From NCBI GenBank assembly GCA_963705255.1, contig OY970061.1, positions 864,001 through 928,000 of the forward strand: a stretch of 64,000 bases of DNA, given 5' to 3'. Origin of the DNA: an uncultured Methanoregulaceae archaeon (lineage in GTDB: Archaea > Halobacteriota > Methanomicrobia > Methanomicrobiales > Methanospirillaceae). Shown piece after piece: positions 7,989 to 18,193 of this stretch; position 1 is the stretch's first letter, and each line of letters opens with the position of its first letter. Position numbers and translations under genes: made by a program. The notes under the pieces were generated by a model, which saw only the letters and a list, made by a program, of their open reading frames with translations, had not been told where the DNA came from and did no database searches.

Positions 7989-9125
7989 TTAGAGCGTCTT
8001 TCGCACGACAGATGCCGATCCGTACGCACCGAACGCCCGGAAGAAGATGAGGCTCTCGGCGTACGCCATCGACTGGATCGCGTGCTCGGTCGCCGCTTCC
8101 AGCGAGTAGAGGTCCTTGAAAAATTCCTTGATCGCCATCTTGCAGTTGCCGTCGAATATCTGGCGGTCCGATTTCCCTGCGTTCAGGGGGCGGTACTTCT
8201 CCAGCGTCCAGTCCTGGATGCTCTTGTATAACGCGGGTTCGTACACCTTGAGCGTGCTGAAGACCACGTCCTGCCAGAACGTACCGACGTTGCCCTTGAT
8301 GATGTCCCCCTTCGGGAAGTGGAGGTTGATGAGGTCCCGGGGAGTACCGGTAATACCGTGCTGGGCGATGCCGACCTGCAGCCTGTTGTCCCGGAGGGCT
8401 TGTGCGATCGCCTTCGTCTGCGGGATGTCGATGGAGAGCTGCTCCACCACGTTCCCGTTCGCATCGTAGGTGTGCCCGTGGGTGCTGCCGTTCGCGATCG
8501 CGAGCACGTGCGGGAAGACATCGTTTTCATTGAGAGCCCGGATGAACCCGACGGCTTCTTCGGGTCTCGTCAGGATGAGCCCGCTCCCGTCCTTCCTGCC
8601 GATCTCGCCGACCTCGACTTCGAGGCCGAACTCCGTCCCTTTCATCTTCGTCCTGATATACCGGGCGAGATCCGTGGTGACGCGGATATTCTCCTCCAGT
8701 TCCTCCCGGACATTCTTCCCCTCGAAATTGAAGAGGTGGGAGGCGTCGATCGCAAACGAAGTGTAACCGGCGCTGATCTGGGCGTCGATCAGCTGTTTCG
8801 TCCCGTCAATTTCCTGGGCATCGCCTTTCTTTATCGTGATATGATCCGCGTGGAGGGCCCAGACGTCAAATCCCACCCTCTTCGCGGCCTCGTTCATCTT
8901 CTCCGAGAATGCCTGCGGGGTGAGCCCGGTATAGCCGCCCTTGAGATCGCTCTCCGACCGGGCGATTTCCATGAATACGGCCGAGTCCGTATCCTTTGCT
9001 GCCCGGAAGATGCCGTCAGCGACCGAGGCGATCCGGATATTGGCCGCCATCACGATGGTCTTGTGGCCGGCAATGCCCCGGAGAATCGTTGACCCGGGGA
9101 TGGGACCGAATGCATGCTGTTTCAT
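7989..9125 (-). CDS. fba: Class II (metal-dependent) fructose-bisphosphate aldolase
   Basis: ALHADH, IDASH, EVEVGEIG, GSTHG and AQHGITG metal/substrate motifs. Confidence 0.85.
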   Translation of the reverse strand: MKQHAFGPIPGSTILRGIAGHKTIVMAANIRIASVADGIFRAAKDTDSAVFMEIARSESDLKGGYTGLTPQAFSEKMNEAAKRVGFDVWALHADHITIKKGDAQEIDGTKQLIDAQISAGYTSFAIDASHLFNFEGKNVREELEENIRVTTDLARYIRTKMKGTEFGLEVEVGEIGRKDGSGLILTRPEEAVGFIRALNENDVFPHVLAIANGSTHGHTYDANGNVVEQLSIDIPQTKAIAQALRDNRLQVGIAQHGITGTPRDLINLHFPKGDIIKGNVGTFWQDVVFSTLKVYEPALYKSIQDWTLEKYRPLNAGKSDRQIFDGNCKMAIKEFFKDLYSLEAATEHAIQSMAYAESLIFFRAFGAYGSASVVRKTL

Positions 9126-9146
9126 AGACTGATCACTCCTCTTTGT

Positions 9147-10052
9147 TCACCCTTCCTTCATTAATGTTTCAATCAGCGCGATCTCCTTCCTGCCGCCGAC
9201 ATAAATCGGGGTGACCTGGCCGATCTCCTTCGGCTTGATGGTCAGGATATCGTCCTTCCCGTTGCTGATCGCCCCGCCGGCCTGGAAGATGATCATGCCC
9301 ATCGGGTTTGCTTCGTACAGGAGGCGCAGCTTCCCGCTCTCCTTCCCCCTGAACCCCGGGTACGAGAAGACGCCCCCCTTGTGGAGGATCTGGTGCACGT
9401 CGCCGACGAAACAGCCGCTGAACCGGAGCTTGTATCCTGCGTCCTCGAGGGCCTGTATCCACTGGCTGTGGGCAGGGAAGTAGTCTTTCCTGAGTGCGCC
9501 GGGGGCGTAGATCTTCCCGTCCGGGATCCTCAGGTCCTTGTGCCGCAGCACGAACTCCCCCGCGTCATTCATCACGAACTCGTGCACGCCCTTCCCGGTG
9601 GTGAAGGTCAGGGTGGTGAGCGGGCCGTAGAGGATATAGAGGGCGGCAACCATGGAGAGCCCTTTCTCAAGGACATGGCCGGGGTAGATGCCGATGATCG
9701 AGCCCACGCAGAGGTTCACGTCGATCAGGGACGAGCCGTCGAGGGGATCGATCACGACCCCGAACTCGTTCCTGGGGTTCTCGACCTCGATGATCCGGGG
9801 CTGTTCCTCCGTTGCGATATAGCGTGCCAGCCGGGTCTCCTTCAGTCCCGAGATGAAGATCTCATCCGCATACTTGTCGAGCTCCATCTGCTCTTCGCCG
9901 AACTGGTTGCGCGTGATCTCCTCTGACGGGGTCCGGGGGATCGTGCAGTAGAACCCGTGTCTCACGATCCGGGCCTGTTCGCTGAAGAAGAGGATGAGCT
10001 CGGTCAGATTTTTTTCCGTTCCTGCCTCGGCAAGGAAGTCTTTGAGTAGCAT
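9147..10052 (-). CDS. fbp: Class I fructose-1,6-bisphosphatase
   Basis: [33 protein letters not shown]; start placed at MLLKD after GGTGG RBS. Confidence 0.93.
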   Translation of the reverse strand: MLLKDFLAEAGTEKNLTELILFFSEQARIVRHGFYCTIPRTPSEEITRNQFGEEQMELDKYADEIFISGLKETRLARYIATEEQPRIIEVENPRNEFGVVIDPLDGSSLIDVNLCVGSIIGIYPGHVLEKGLSMVAALYILYGPLTTLTFTTGKGVHEFVMNDAGEFVLRHKDLRIPDGKIYAPGALRKDYFPAHSQWIQALEDAGYKLRFSGCFVGDVHQILHKGGVFSYPGFRGKESGKLRLLYEANPMGMIIFQAGGAISNGKDDILTIKPKEIGQVTPIYVGGRKEIALIETLMKEG

Positions 10053-10265
10053 TATGGTACCACCTGATGATCCTGTTCCCGACCGCATGGTCGCGGGATA
10101 CTCAGCCAGGATCTCGTGATTTCATGTAGAGTAGGGTGCCGATCCATATCAGGATTTTTATTGCCGTCGTGATGGGATCTCGGGAGCCATGAAAACACCG
10201 GCCCGGTCATGGCACCCGGTCGTTCAGGGTTTGAAAAAGAGGGGAGTTATCCGGTTCCGATCGGT

Positions 10266-10700
10266 TCAGGTGCCGGAAGAGCCGGGCAGGCTCCTGAAGG
10301 TCACTTCGAGCATGCCGTTCCTGAGGGAATGCTGCATCGATCCCGGTTCAACGGGGGGAATGGCTACGGATGTATGGTAGTGGGTGTCCGCATCTCCCGC
10401 GTCGATGACGAGTTTCCCGTGCTGGATGCCCAGGCGGAGGAGGTCCTCGGTCACTCCGGGAAGCCCGGCGATTACTCTCACTTCATCGCCAACATGACAG
10501 ACCTCGGTCACGGGTTCGTCTGCTGCTCCTGGCTGAATAACCGGAGTGGCAGGCATTTCTGACGGCTCTTCGCCGTTCCTGATCAGGATCCGGTAGCTGC
10601 CGGACAGCGCACCGGATTCGGGATCACGGTCCATCCGGGAGAGGAGACGGGCGACCATCCCGTCCATCTCCTCAAAGATATCCAGCGGGTCTTCAAACAT
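10266..10700 (-). CDS. Small heat-shock protein (Hsp20/alpha-crystallin family)
   Basis: VRVIAGLPGV...SLRNGMLEVTF; immediately downstream of cdc48. Confidence 0.8.
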   Translation of the reverse strand: MFEDPLDIFEEMDGMVARLLSRMDRDPESGALSGSYRILIRNGEEPSEMPATPVIQPGAADEPVTEVCHVGDEVRVIAGLPGVTEDLLRLGIQHGKLVIDAGDADTHYHTSVAIPPVEPGSMQHSLRNGMLEVTFRSLPGSSGT

Positions 10701-10723
10701 TTTTGTATCCCTCCACACCACAA

Positions 10724-13110
10724 TTATTTTTCGATCTTCTTCTCCAGCGTCTCGGTGAGTTTCTTGATCTCGGCAAAGTCCTTCTGCCGTGCGAAGGTCA
10801 GTTTCCTGAGATCAGCAGCCACCTTTTCATCAGCCTTCTTGGGGGCTGCGCCGGCCCTGGCGACAAGCATGGCTGCCTTATCGAGGATGATCCGCTGGTC
10901 CTGGTTGTAGAGCATCTCCCAGGCCTGGCGCTCTGATCTCTCGACGGCATCCTCGTCCAGCGATCCTTTGACCTTGAGCAGGGCCGCTTCGAAGTGGGCA
11001 CGGGTCAGCATGACGTTCTTGATGGCGTCTTTCCGTTCCTGTTCCGTCCGGCTCCCCATCTGAACGATGAAGTCGCGCATCGCGGCCATCTTTGCCTCCC
11101 GCACGAGCGCTTCGATATCAGCACCGACGTAGCCCTGGGTCTGTTGCACGAGCGTGTCGACATCCACGTCCTTTGAGAGGATGCCCCCGGTCTCGCCGCC
11201 GAGGTAGACATCGAATATCTTCTTCCTGCTCTCCTCATCCGGCGCAGGCACGTAGATATGGCGCTCGAGGCGTCCCGGGCGGAGCAGGGCGTCGTCCAGC
11301 ATGTCCGGGCGGTTGGTAGCAGCGAGGATCGTGACGTTCTTCAGCTCCTCCATCCCGTCAAGCTCGGTAAGGATCTGGGACACAACGCTCTCGGTAACAT
11401 GGGACGAGCCCTGGAAGCTCCCCCGCCTGGGGACCAGGGCATCGATCTCGTCGAAGAAGATGATCGACGGCGAGGCCTGCCGCGCTTTCCGGAAAATCTC
11501 CCGGACTCCCTTCTCGGACTCCCCCACCCACTTGGAGAGGAGCTCGGGCCCCTTGACCGCGATGAAGTTGCACTCGCTCTCGTTGGCCACGGCTTTTGCG
11601 AGGAGGGTCTTCCCGGTACCGGGAGGGCCGAACATCAGGATGCCTTTCGGGGGTTTGGTGAGGAGGTGCTCGAAGACATCCGGGAACCTGAGCGGCCATT
11701 CGACGGCCTCTTTGAGCTCCTGTTTCACTTCCTCGAGACCGCCGACCTGTTTCCAGGTAACATCCGGTACTTCGACCAGTACCTCGCGCATCGCCGACGG
11801 CTCGACATGCTTCCGGGCTTCTCCAAAGTCTTCGTTCGTCACCCTGAGCTTGTCGAGCACCTCGTCCGGGATCTCCTCGTCGATCTTGATCTGTGGGATC
11901 ACCTTGCGGAGTGCGTGCATTGCCGCCTCCTTGACCAGGAGTGCAATATCAGCACCGACAAATCCGTGGGTCGTGTTGGCGAATTCCTCAATCTTCACAT
12001 CGTCGGCGAGCGGGACCCCCCGGGTATGCACCTGGAAGATCTCCATCCTGCCTTTCTTGTCCGGGATGCCGATCTCGATCTCCCGGTCGAACCGCCCGCC
12101 CCTGCGGAGGGCCGGGTCTATCGAATCCGGAAGGTTGGTCGCTGCAATGACAATGACCTGCCCGCGTCCCTTGAGCCCGTCCATAAGAGCCAGGAGCTGG
12201 GCTACCACGCGCCGCTCGACTTCTCCCTGAACCTCGGCACGTTTTGGTGCGATCGAGTCAATCTCATCGATGAATATTATCGCAGGCGCATTCTGCTCGG
12301 CCTCTTCGAACTTCTCCCGGAGGCCTTTCTCGCTCTCGCCGTAATACTTGCTCATGATCTCCGGGCCGGAGAGGGTGATAAAGTGAGCGTCCACTTCGTT
12401 TGCAACCGCCTTGGCTATCAGCGTCTTGCCGGTACCGGGCAGGCCGTCCAGGATACCCCTTTGGGTGGCTGGATGCCAAGGCGCTCGAAGATCTCCGGGT
12501 GGCGGAGCGGGAGCTCGATCATCTCGCGGACGAGCTGGAGTTCGCGGCCAAGTCCCCCGATGTCCTCGTAGTGGATATCGGATGTCTCCTGTTTGCCTTC
12601 TTCCGGCTTGTACGGCTCCTCTTTCAGCTCGATCTCGGTATCATCGGTCACGATGGCAATGCCTTTTGGCGCGACTTTGGCAATGACGAGCGTTATGGTA
12701 TTCCCGATCACGTCGATCCGCTGGGTCTGGCCTTCAAATACTGCACGCCCGCGGAGGATCCTTGACAGGTACTGTTCCCCTCCAACGAGCCGGATCGGTT
12801 GTGTCGGCTGGATCACCACTTTCTTTGCATATTCGGCCTCTGATTTCCGGATCCTTACCTTCTCGTCGATGCCGGTAGCTGCATTGCCCCGGATATTGCC
12901 ATCAATCCGCAGGACGCCAAAACCTGTGTCCTGGGCAAAGCCGGGCCAGACAATCGCAGCGGCCTTCTTCTTTCCCTGGATCTCGATAACGTCGCCGGAG
13001 ACGAGCCCCAGTTTCTTCATCACCTCGATGCTGACCCGTGCTATGCCGCGACCGGCGTCATCATGGGCTGCCTCCTTCACCGTTACTTCGGAATAATCCT
13101 TATCTGTCAA
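10724..13110 (-). CDS. cdc48: CDC48/VAT AAA+ ATPase, frame broken near 12440-12460 (probable sequencing error)
   Basis: N domain (DAGRGIARV), [17 protein letters not shown]1 Walker A corrupted at the break, D2 GPPGTGKT and LLRPGRLE; TTG start with GGGGTG RBS. Confidence 0.92.
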
Positions 13111-13138
13111 TTGTAAAACACCCCGCTGGTTCAAGGTT

Positions 13139-13170
13139 TACCACTAGTTAGTGTGGTATTGTATTTAAAC
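13139..13170 (-). promoter_or_regulatory. TATA box and adjacent palindromic operator of the cdc48-hsp20 operon
   Basis: Minus-strand TTTAAATA at ~13162-13169, followed by inverted repeat taccac-N8-gtggta (13139-13158). Confidence 0.5.
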
Positions 13171-13259
13171 TTTGGTTACGGGGGTTCTGTTAACTTGATG
13201 GGGGACAGTGCAGGTTGTTAACCAGAGGGGGACGACCTTATAAAAATAAAAATCTTTTA

Positions 13260-13967
13260 TTAAATCTCCTGTTGTTTTGATTCAATCCATTCTCTGACAA
13301 GCATTTTAATAAAATCCTGCGCCTCGGAAAAAGACATGGGTTTACCCGTATAACTTATTTTTGGATCAGCATGCCGAGATTCCATACCTAATATTTTATA
13401 GCTATTGGCAGTTGCTTTGAAACGTTTAATTATCTCTTTATTTTTGCTGTTGGAGTTGCTTAGAGGAAACTTATCTTCCTGCAATATTTCCAAAATATTA
13501 TAGAGTGTAAACCATGAGTCAAAATTTTGATTAATATACTGGCACATTTTTGCAACTTGGGGATCCGTTTTTGCAAGGTTAAAAAGAGGAATTACAGATT
13601 CCGCTGCATTATGGATTTCTTGTGTTCCATCTTCTTTTATTACACTGAGACACGCAAATGCCCTTGCTTTACTACTCATTGTACATGATAGTAATACAAG
13701 TCTCGATCCATCTGGTTGAGGTTTCATTATTTGACCGATTTTTATTGGATTTGAAGCTCCCAAACTTATTATGATTCCAGCATTAATGGGAATTAAAAGT
13801 TCATTGGCTTTTTTGCAAATTTCTTGATCCGCCAACGAATCAAAACGAGTGGATTTTAAAATATATGCAGACCCATCTTTTTCGATAGTAAGTTCCGGAG
13901 TATTGCAGACTTTTGCTAGTTCACGAAGATCAATTTCATCCCCTGTTAATGTAACAATCCATCCCAT
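13260..13967 (-). CDS. AT-rich hypothetical protein, IS passenger
   Basis: Intact 235-aa ORF, much more AT-rich than the flanks, 28 bp downstream of the transposase stop. Confidence 0.8.
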   Translation of the reverse strand: MGWIVTLTGDEIDLRELAKVCNTPELTIEKDGSAYILKSTRFDSLADQEICKKANELLIPINAGIIISLGASNPIKIGQIMKPQPDGSRLVLLSCTMSSKARAFACLSVIKEDGTQEIHNAAESVIPLFNLAKTDPQVAKMCQYINQNFDSWFTLYNILEILQEDKFPLSNSNSKNKEIIKRFKATANSYKILGMESRHADPKISYTGKPMSFSEAQDFIKMLVREWIESKQQEI

Positions 13968-13995
13968 AAAACTCTAAAAGATGTTTGGGGTTTTA

Positions 13996-14260
13996 TTATT
14001 TCGCCCGCACCGCAGCATTCTGTATCAGCGTCATCCACTTATTTTCCCCAGTAACCACAATCCCACATGCCTCAGCCGGTGTCTTTCCGTCAAGTGCTTC
14101 ATGTGGACGCACAAAGTTATGATAAATCTGCATACCATGAATAATCTTTGTATCGACTTTCTTTATCCCGCGCATTGTCTTTTCCCTGTCGCGGATCTCA
14201 CCATTGATCCTTTCCATCTTGTTGTTGTTCGTCGGGTCGGTAAGTTTGATTGCATTAATT
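13996..14260 (-). pseudogene. C-terminal fragment of DDE transposase/integrase (archaeal IS6-like)
   Basis: INAIKLTDPTNNNKMERINGEIRDREKTMRGIKK...IYHNFVRPHEALDGKTPAEACGI; the N-terminal portion is absent. Confidence 0.8.
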
Positions 14261-14600
14261 CCACAAAAATTTCGGTTCCGGCTCGCAAAAAAAATCGCGA
14301 TCGCCCGTGCGCCAAAAAAATTTCAATCGACCCCTCACCCCCCGCCCGGAAAATTTCAATCGACCCCTGACTGGATGTTCCTGACCCTCACGCCGGAGAA
14401 CTAAAAATTTTGTAGCATGTACATGCATTTTGTAGCATAATTATCCGATTGTAGCCTCACAAACTAACACCTCATGATCGCGATGAAAAAATTTTAAACG
14501 CGATCGTGATCGCGATTGAAAAAGACCAACGTGAAAGTCACGCTGACTTTCATGTGAGGCTGCTGAAAATACAATGCATTTTCATGCCTTTCCAGGCAGG
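14261..14600. repeat. Repeat-rich non-coding segment (direct repeats, gatcgcgat palindromes, hairpins)
   Basis: aaatttcaatcgacccct x2 (~14318, ~14351); ttgtagc x3 at ~20-bp spacing (14410-14455); tgaaagtca-cgc-tgactttca hairpin. Confidence 0.65.
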
Positions 14601-14668
14601 GTCCGGCCAAAAAAATCTTGGAAAATGCTTTGGTGAAACCCACATGAACCGGTCGGGTTCGCACCCGG

Positions 14669-15055
14669 ACTATGGAAATTGCTGATACCTCTCTGATAAT
14701 CTGAGGGGCCCCGCCTCAGGGCCTCTCCGGGGACAGCCCGCAGGGCTGTGGAGAAGAATCCGCAAGGATTCTTCGACCAGCATCACCCGGTACGGGTGAG
14801 CCACGGCGGGGCAGATTACCGGGTTCAAGGATTGTAAGGTAACTTCAGGCCGCCGCGGAGCGGGTCGAAAATTCTTGAAAGAATTTTCTTCAGCCAGCCC
14901 TGACCCTCTGGTCACAGCTGGCTCCCGTCGGGGACAACCGAAGGCTGTGGAGAAGATTTTCCTCAGAAAATCTTCGACTTCGGCGGCAGGTATCACGTTG
15001 GGGGTAGGGGGGCATCAGCCCCCATCGTTAATCCTGATGAAGTCAATTTTCATGG
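14669..15055. repeat. Intergenic palindromic repeat family B, copy 2 (one extra module)
   Basis: Collinear with 6446..6693; possible decayed terminal inverted repeat ctatggaaattg / caattttcatgg. Confidence 0.8.
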
Positions 15056-15341
15056 GAAATCCTGACCAAAACTGACAGTACCCGATGACCAAAGGTCTAA
15101 GGTACATGGTCCCCCTGCATTCCTGCGGCAAACTCATGAGTTCCATTGGTGCATTCAGCCTGCTATTCACCGGATTCTCGACGAATCCCCAGCTGAACCA
15201 CAGGAAAGATCCCGATCTAACAAAAACACAAAAAATTCTGCGTTATGCCAAATCAACTTTACTTGTTATCTTAACAAGCCAGATTTACTCCAGAATCGAG
15301 AAACCGAGCCTTTATCTTGTCTTTACCATAACCAGTATGAT

Positions 15342-16619
15342 ATGAGTATCGTAGCAGATGCCAAGCGTGGCATCGTCACCGAAGAGATGAAAATTGTCGC
15401 AGCGCAGGAAGGGGTCACCGAAGACTTCGTCCGGCGCGGTGTTGCCGGCGGGCATATCGTCATCCCTGTTTCCCCGTACCGCAAAGTAAAGATCTGCGGT
15501 ATCGGGGAAGGGCTTCGCACCAAGGTAAATGCCTCTATCGGGACCTCCACGGATATCGTGGATATTGGCATGGAAATTGAGAAGGCAAAACAGGCCGAGC
15601 GGGCGGGCGCAGATACCCTCATGGAACTCTCCACCGGCGGCGATTTTCTCGAGATCCGCAGACAGGTCATCGCCAATACAAGCCTCTCTGTGGGCTGCGT
15701 CCCCCTCTACCAGGCATTCATCGAGGCAGCAATAAAAGACGGCGCTGTCGTCAACATGAAGGAGGATGACCTCTTCCGCATTACTGCCGAGCAGGCAAAA
15801 CTCGGCACCAATTTTATGGCGATCCATACCGGCATCAACTGGGAGACCGTCAAGCGCCTGAGAAACCAGGGCCGTCATGCCGGACTCGTCTCGCGGGGCG
15901 GGGCATTCATGACCGCGTGGATGCTCCACAACGAGAAAGAGAATCCCCTGTACCGGGAGTTCGATTACCTGCTCGAGATCATGAAGGAGCACGAGGTCAC
16001 CCTCTCCATGGGTAACGGTATGCGGGCCGGGGCGATCCATGATGCAACCGACCGGGCCGGGGTTCAGGAGCTCCTGATCAACGCTGAACTCGCGGACAAG
16101 GCCCATAAGGAGAACGTGCAGGTCATCGTCGAAGGTCCTGGCCACGTCCCGATCGATGAGATCGCGACCAATGTCCAGCTCATGAAGCGGGTCACCAATA
16201 ACAAACCGTTCTACATGCTCGGGCCCATTGTCACCGATATCGCACCGGGCTATGATGACCGGGTGGCAGCGATAGGTGCTGCAATCTCATCGTCCCTGGG
16301 TGCCGATTTCATCTGCTATGTCACGCCTGCCGAACACCTCGCCCTCCCGACACCGGAGGAAGTGTATGAAGGCGTCATGAGTTCCCGGATTGCCGCCCAT
16401 GTCGGGGATATGATCAAGCTCAAAAAGACCCGCGAAGCAGACCTCGAGATGGGACACGCCCGCCGGGACCTTGACTGGGAACGCCAGTTCGCCGTGGCCA
16501 TGAACCCGGCCCGGGCAAAAGCGATCCGGGCCGAGCGTATGCCTGCCGATACGGACGGATGCACGATGTGCGGGGACTATTGTGCTATCAAGATCGTCAA
16601 CCGTCATTTCAAATTCTAA
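15342..16619 (+). CDS. thiC: Phosphomethylpyrimidine synthase
   Basis: KVNASIGTS, VSRGG, EGPGHVP, CYVTPAEHL, C-terminal CTMCGDYC Fe-S motif. Confidence 0.95.
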   Translation: MSIVADAKRGIVTEEMKIVAAQEGVTEDFVRRGVAGGHIVIPVSPYRKVKICGIGEGLRTKVNASIGTSTDIVDIGMEIEKAKQAERAGADTLMELSTGGDFLEIRRQVIANTSLSVGCVPLYQAFIEAAIKDGAVVNMKEDDLFRITAEQAKLGTNFMAIHTGINWETVKRLRNQGRHAGLVSRGGAFMTAWMLHNEKENPLYREFDYLLEIMKEHEVTLSMGNGMRAGAIHDATDRAGVQELLINAELADKAHKENVQVIVEGPGHVPIDEIATNVQLMKRVTNNKPFYMLGPIVTDIAPGYDDRVAAIGAAISSSLGADFICYVTPAEHLALPTPEEVYEGVMSSRIAAHVGDMIKLKKTREADLEMGHARRDLDWERQFAVAMNPARAKAIRAERMPADTDGCTMCGDYCAIKIVNRHFKF

Positions 16620-16625
16620 CCAGAC

Positions 16626-16632
16626 TTTTTTT
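16626..16632 (+). terminator. Oligo-T terminator after thiC
   Basis: T7 run 6 nt after the stop codon. Confidence 0.5.
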
Positions 16633-16721
16633 ACCCTGCTTATTGTGCTGACAGTCACCAGGGGATGTCAAGAATTATGGCATAGGTATGCCAAATATCT
16701 GTACAGGATACTCACCAGCAT

Positions 16722-17300
16722 ATGAACGGCCTGCTATCGAAAAATGCCCTGCGGGAGGCCGCGCGACAGAAGCGTTCTCTGCTCTCCCCGGCTGAAATTG
16801 AAGGAAAAAGCACCCGCATCTGTACCGCCCTTGCCGGAATACTCGACGGGATGGATCCCATCATGGTCTATGTTTCAAAACCGCAGGAGGTCGATACCCG
16901 CAGGCTTATCGGGGAGCTCATCATATCACGGAAAAAAATTGTTGTCCCGGTAATTGAGAAGGAGACCCGGACCCTGCGCCTTTCCTATCTGGACCGGATC
17001 TCAGACCTTGTCGAAAGCACGTTTCAGGTACCTGAACCCGTCGGACACGAGCTTCCTGCAGATTCGCGGGACATAAAAGGAGTTATTGTGCCTGTACTTG
17101 CTTTCGATCGAAAGGGGACCCGGCTCGGGTACGGTGCCGGCTACTATGACCGGTTCCTGTCCGCGCACCCCCATATGGCGAAGATCGGACTCGCTTTCGC
17201 ATGCCAGGAATTCGATGAAATCCCAGCGGACGGGAATGACATAGGAATGGATAGTATCATAACCGAGAACGGGATCATCCGCTGCGGCCGAAGGTGCTGA
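16722..17300 (+). CDS. 5-formyltetrahydrofolate cyclo-ligase family protein
   Basis: VPVLAFDRKGTRLGYGAGYYDRFL. Confidence 0.9.
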   Translation: MNGLLSKNALREAARQKRSLLSPAEIEGKSTRICTALAGILDGMDPIMVYVSKPQEVDTRRLIGELIISRKKIVVPVIEKETRTLRLSYLDRISDLVESTFQVPEPVGHELPADSRDIKGVIVPVLAFDRKGTRLGYGAGYYDRFLSAHPHMAKIGLAFACQEFDEIPADGNDIGMDSIITENGIIRCGRRC

Positions 17301-17373
17301 GATATCGATCACAAACCACGACTCAATACACTCAAATAAGCACGGGAATAAAATACTCCGGCACGGTGATCCT

Positions 17374-18193
17374 ATCAAACTGAATTTCGGCGGTTTTGTC
17401 CCGCTATCTACCATCGACTGGCGTGGAAAGGCCGTCTGCACGGTCTTCTTCCGGGGCTGCCCGATCCGCTGTTCATACTGCCAGAACGAGGCGATCCAGA
17501 TTGGCGAAGATTACCGGGATACCGGTGAGATCCTCGGGCTGATCAGATCTTCGTCCCCCTATATCAGCGGCGTCGTTTTTTCCGGAGGTGAACCTGCCCT
17601 GCAGAAAGATGCGCTGCTCGATCTCGCCCGGCAGGTAAAAACCATGGATCTCGCAGTCGGCATCCAGACAAACGGCCTTTTTCCCGGGACGCTTGAAGCA
17701 CTGCTCTCGGAGAGACTGGCAGACAAGATTGCCATCGATTATAAGACGCGGTGGGAGGGGTATTCCGGTATGGCCGACGGTCGGAGTACCGATTCGAGAA
17801 GACAGCTACCAGACATCCGTCCGCAAATCTATTGCGATCTGCAAAAAAGCACTCAGGGAAGATGTCCTCCCTGAATTCGAAGTGGTGATTACCGTGTTTT
17901 ATGAGAATGAAGAATATATCCGGGAAATTTCGAAGGAGGTTGGAACGGTGCCGCTCGTGCTCCAGCAGGGGGAGCACAAGATAGGGCATATCTATTCTGC
18001 AGCACCTGCTATGACCAACGGGGAATATATCTTTAAGAAGCGAAACCTTCAGGAAGAACATCCTCCCCTGCAACTGGACGAGATCAAAAAAATTGCGGAT
18101 GAACTGGGAAGAACGGTAAGGATAAGAACGCGAGAGGTTGGAGAGATTTCCTATGAAAGTGATTGGCGTCGTCGGGCTTCCCGCAAGCGGTAA
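17374..18193 (+). CDS. nrdG: Anaerobic ribonucleotide reductase activating (radical SAM) protein; no canonical start codon, frameshift near 17775
   Basis: Frame from 17374 reads IKLNFGGFVPLSTIDWRGKAVCTVFFRGCPIRCSYCQN (CxxxCxxC)...FSGGEPALQ...QTNG, then continues in the 17693..18193 frame. Confidence 0.8.

Larger units (their letters stand above)
13183..14260 (-). mobile_element. Truncated IS6-like element with passenger gene (one TIR retained)
   Basis: ggttctgttaactt at 13183 resembles IS6-family ends; AT-rich segment containing a passenger ORF and a DDE transposase C-terminus. Confidence 0.6.

Noticed and set aside
15085-15341. TPP riboswitch upstream of thiC
   Set aside because: No CTGAGA / GAACCTGA / AGGGA core; only a weak imperfect palindrome near the start, too poor to call an operator
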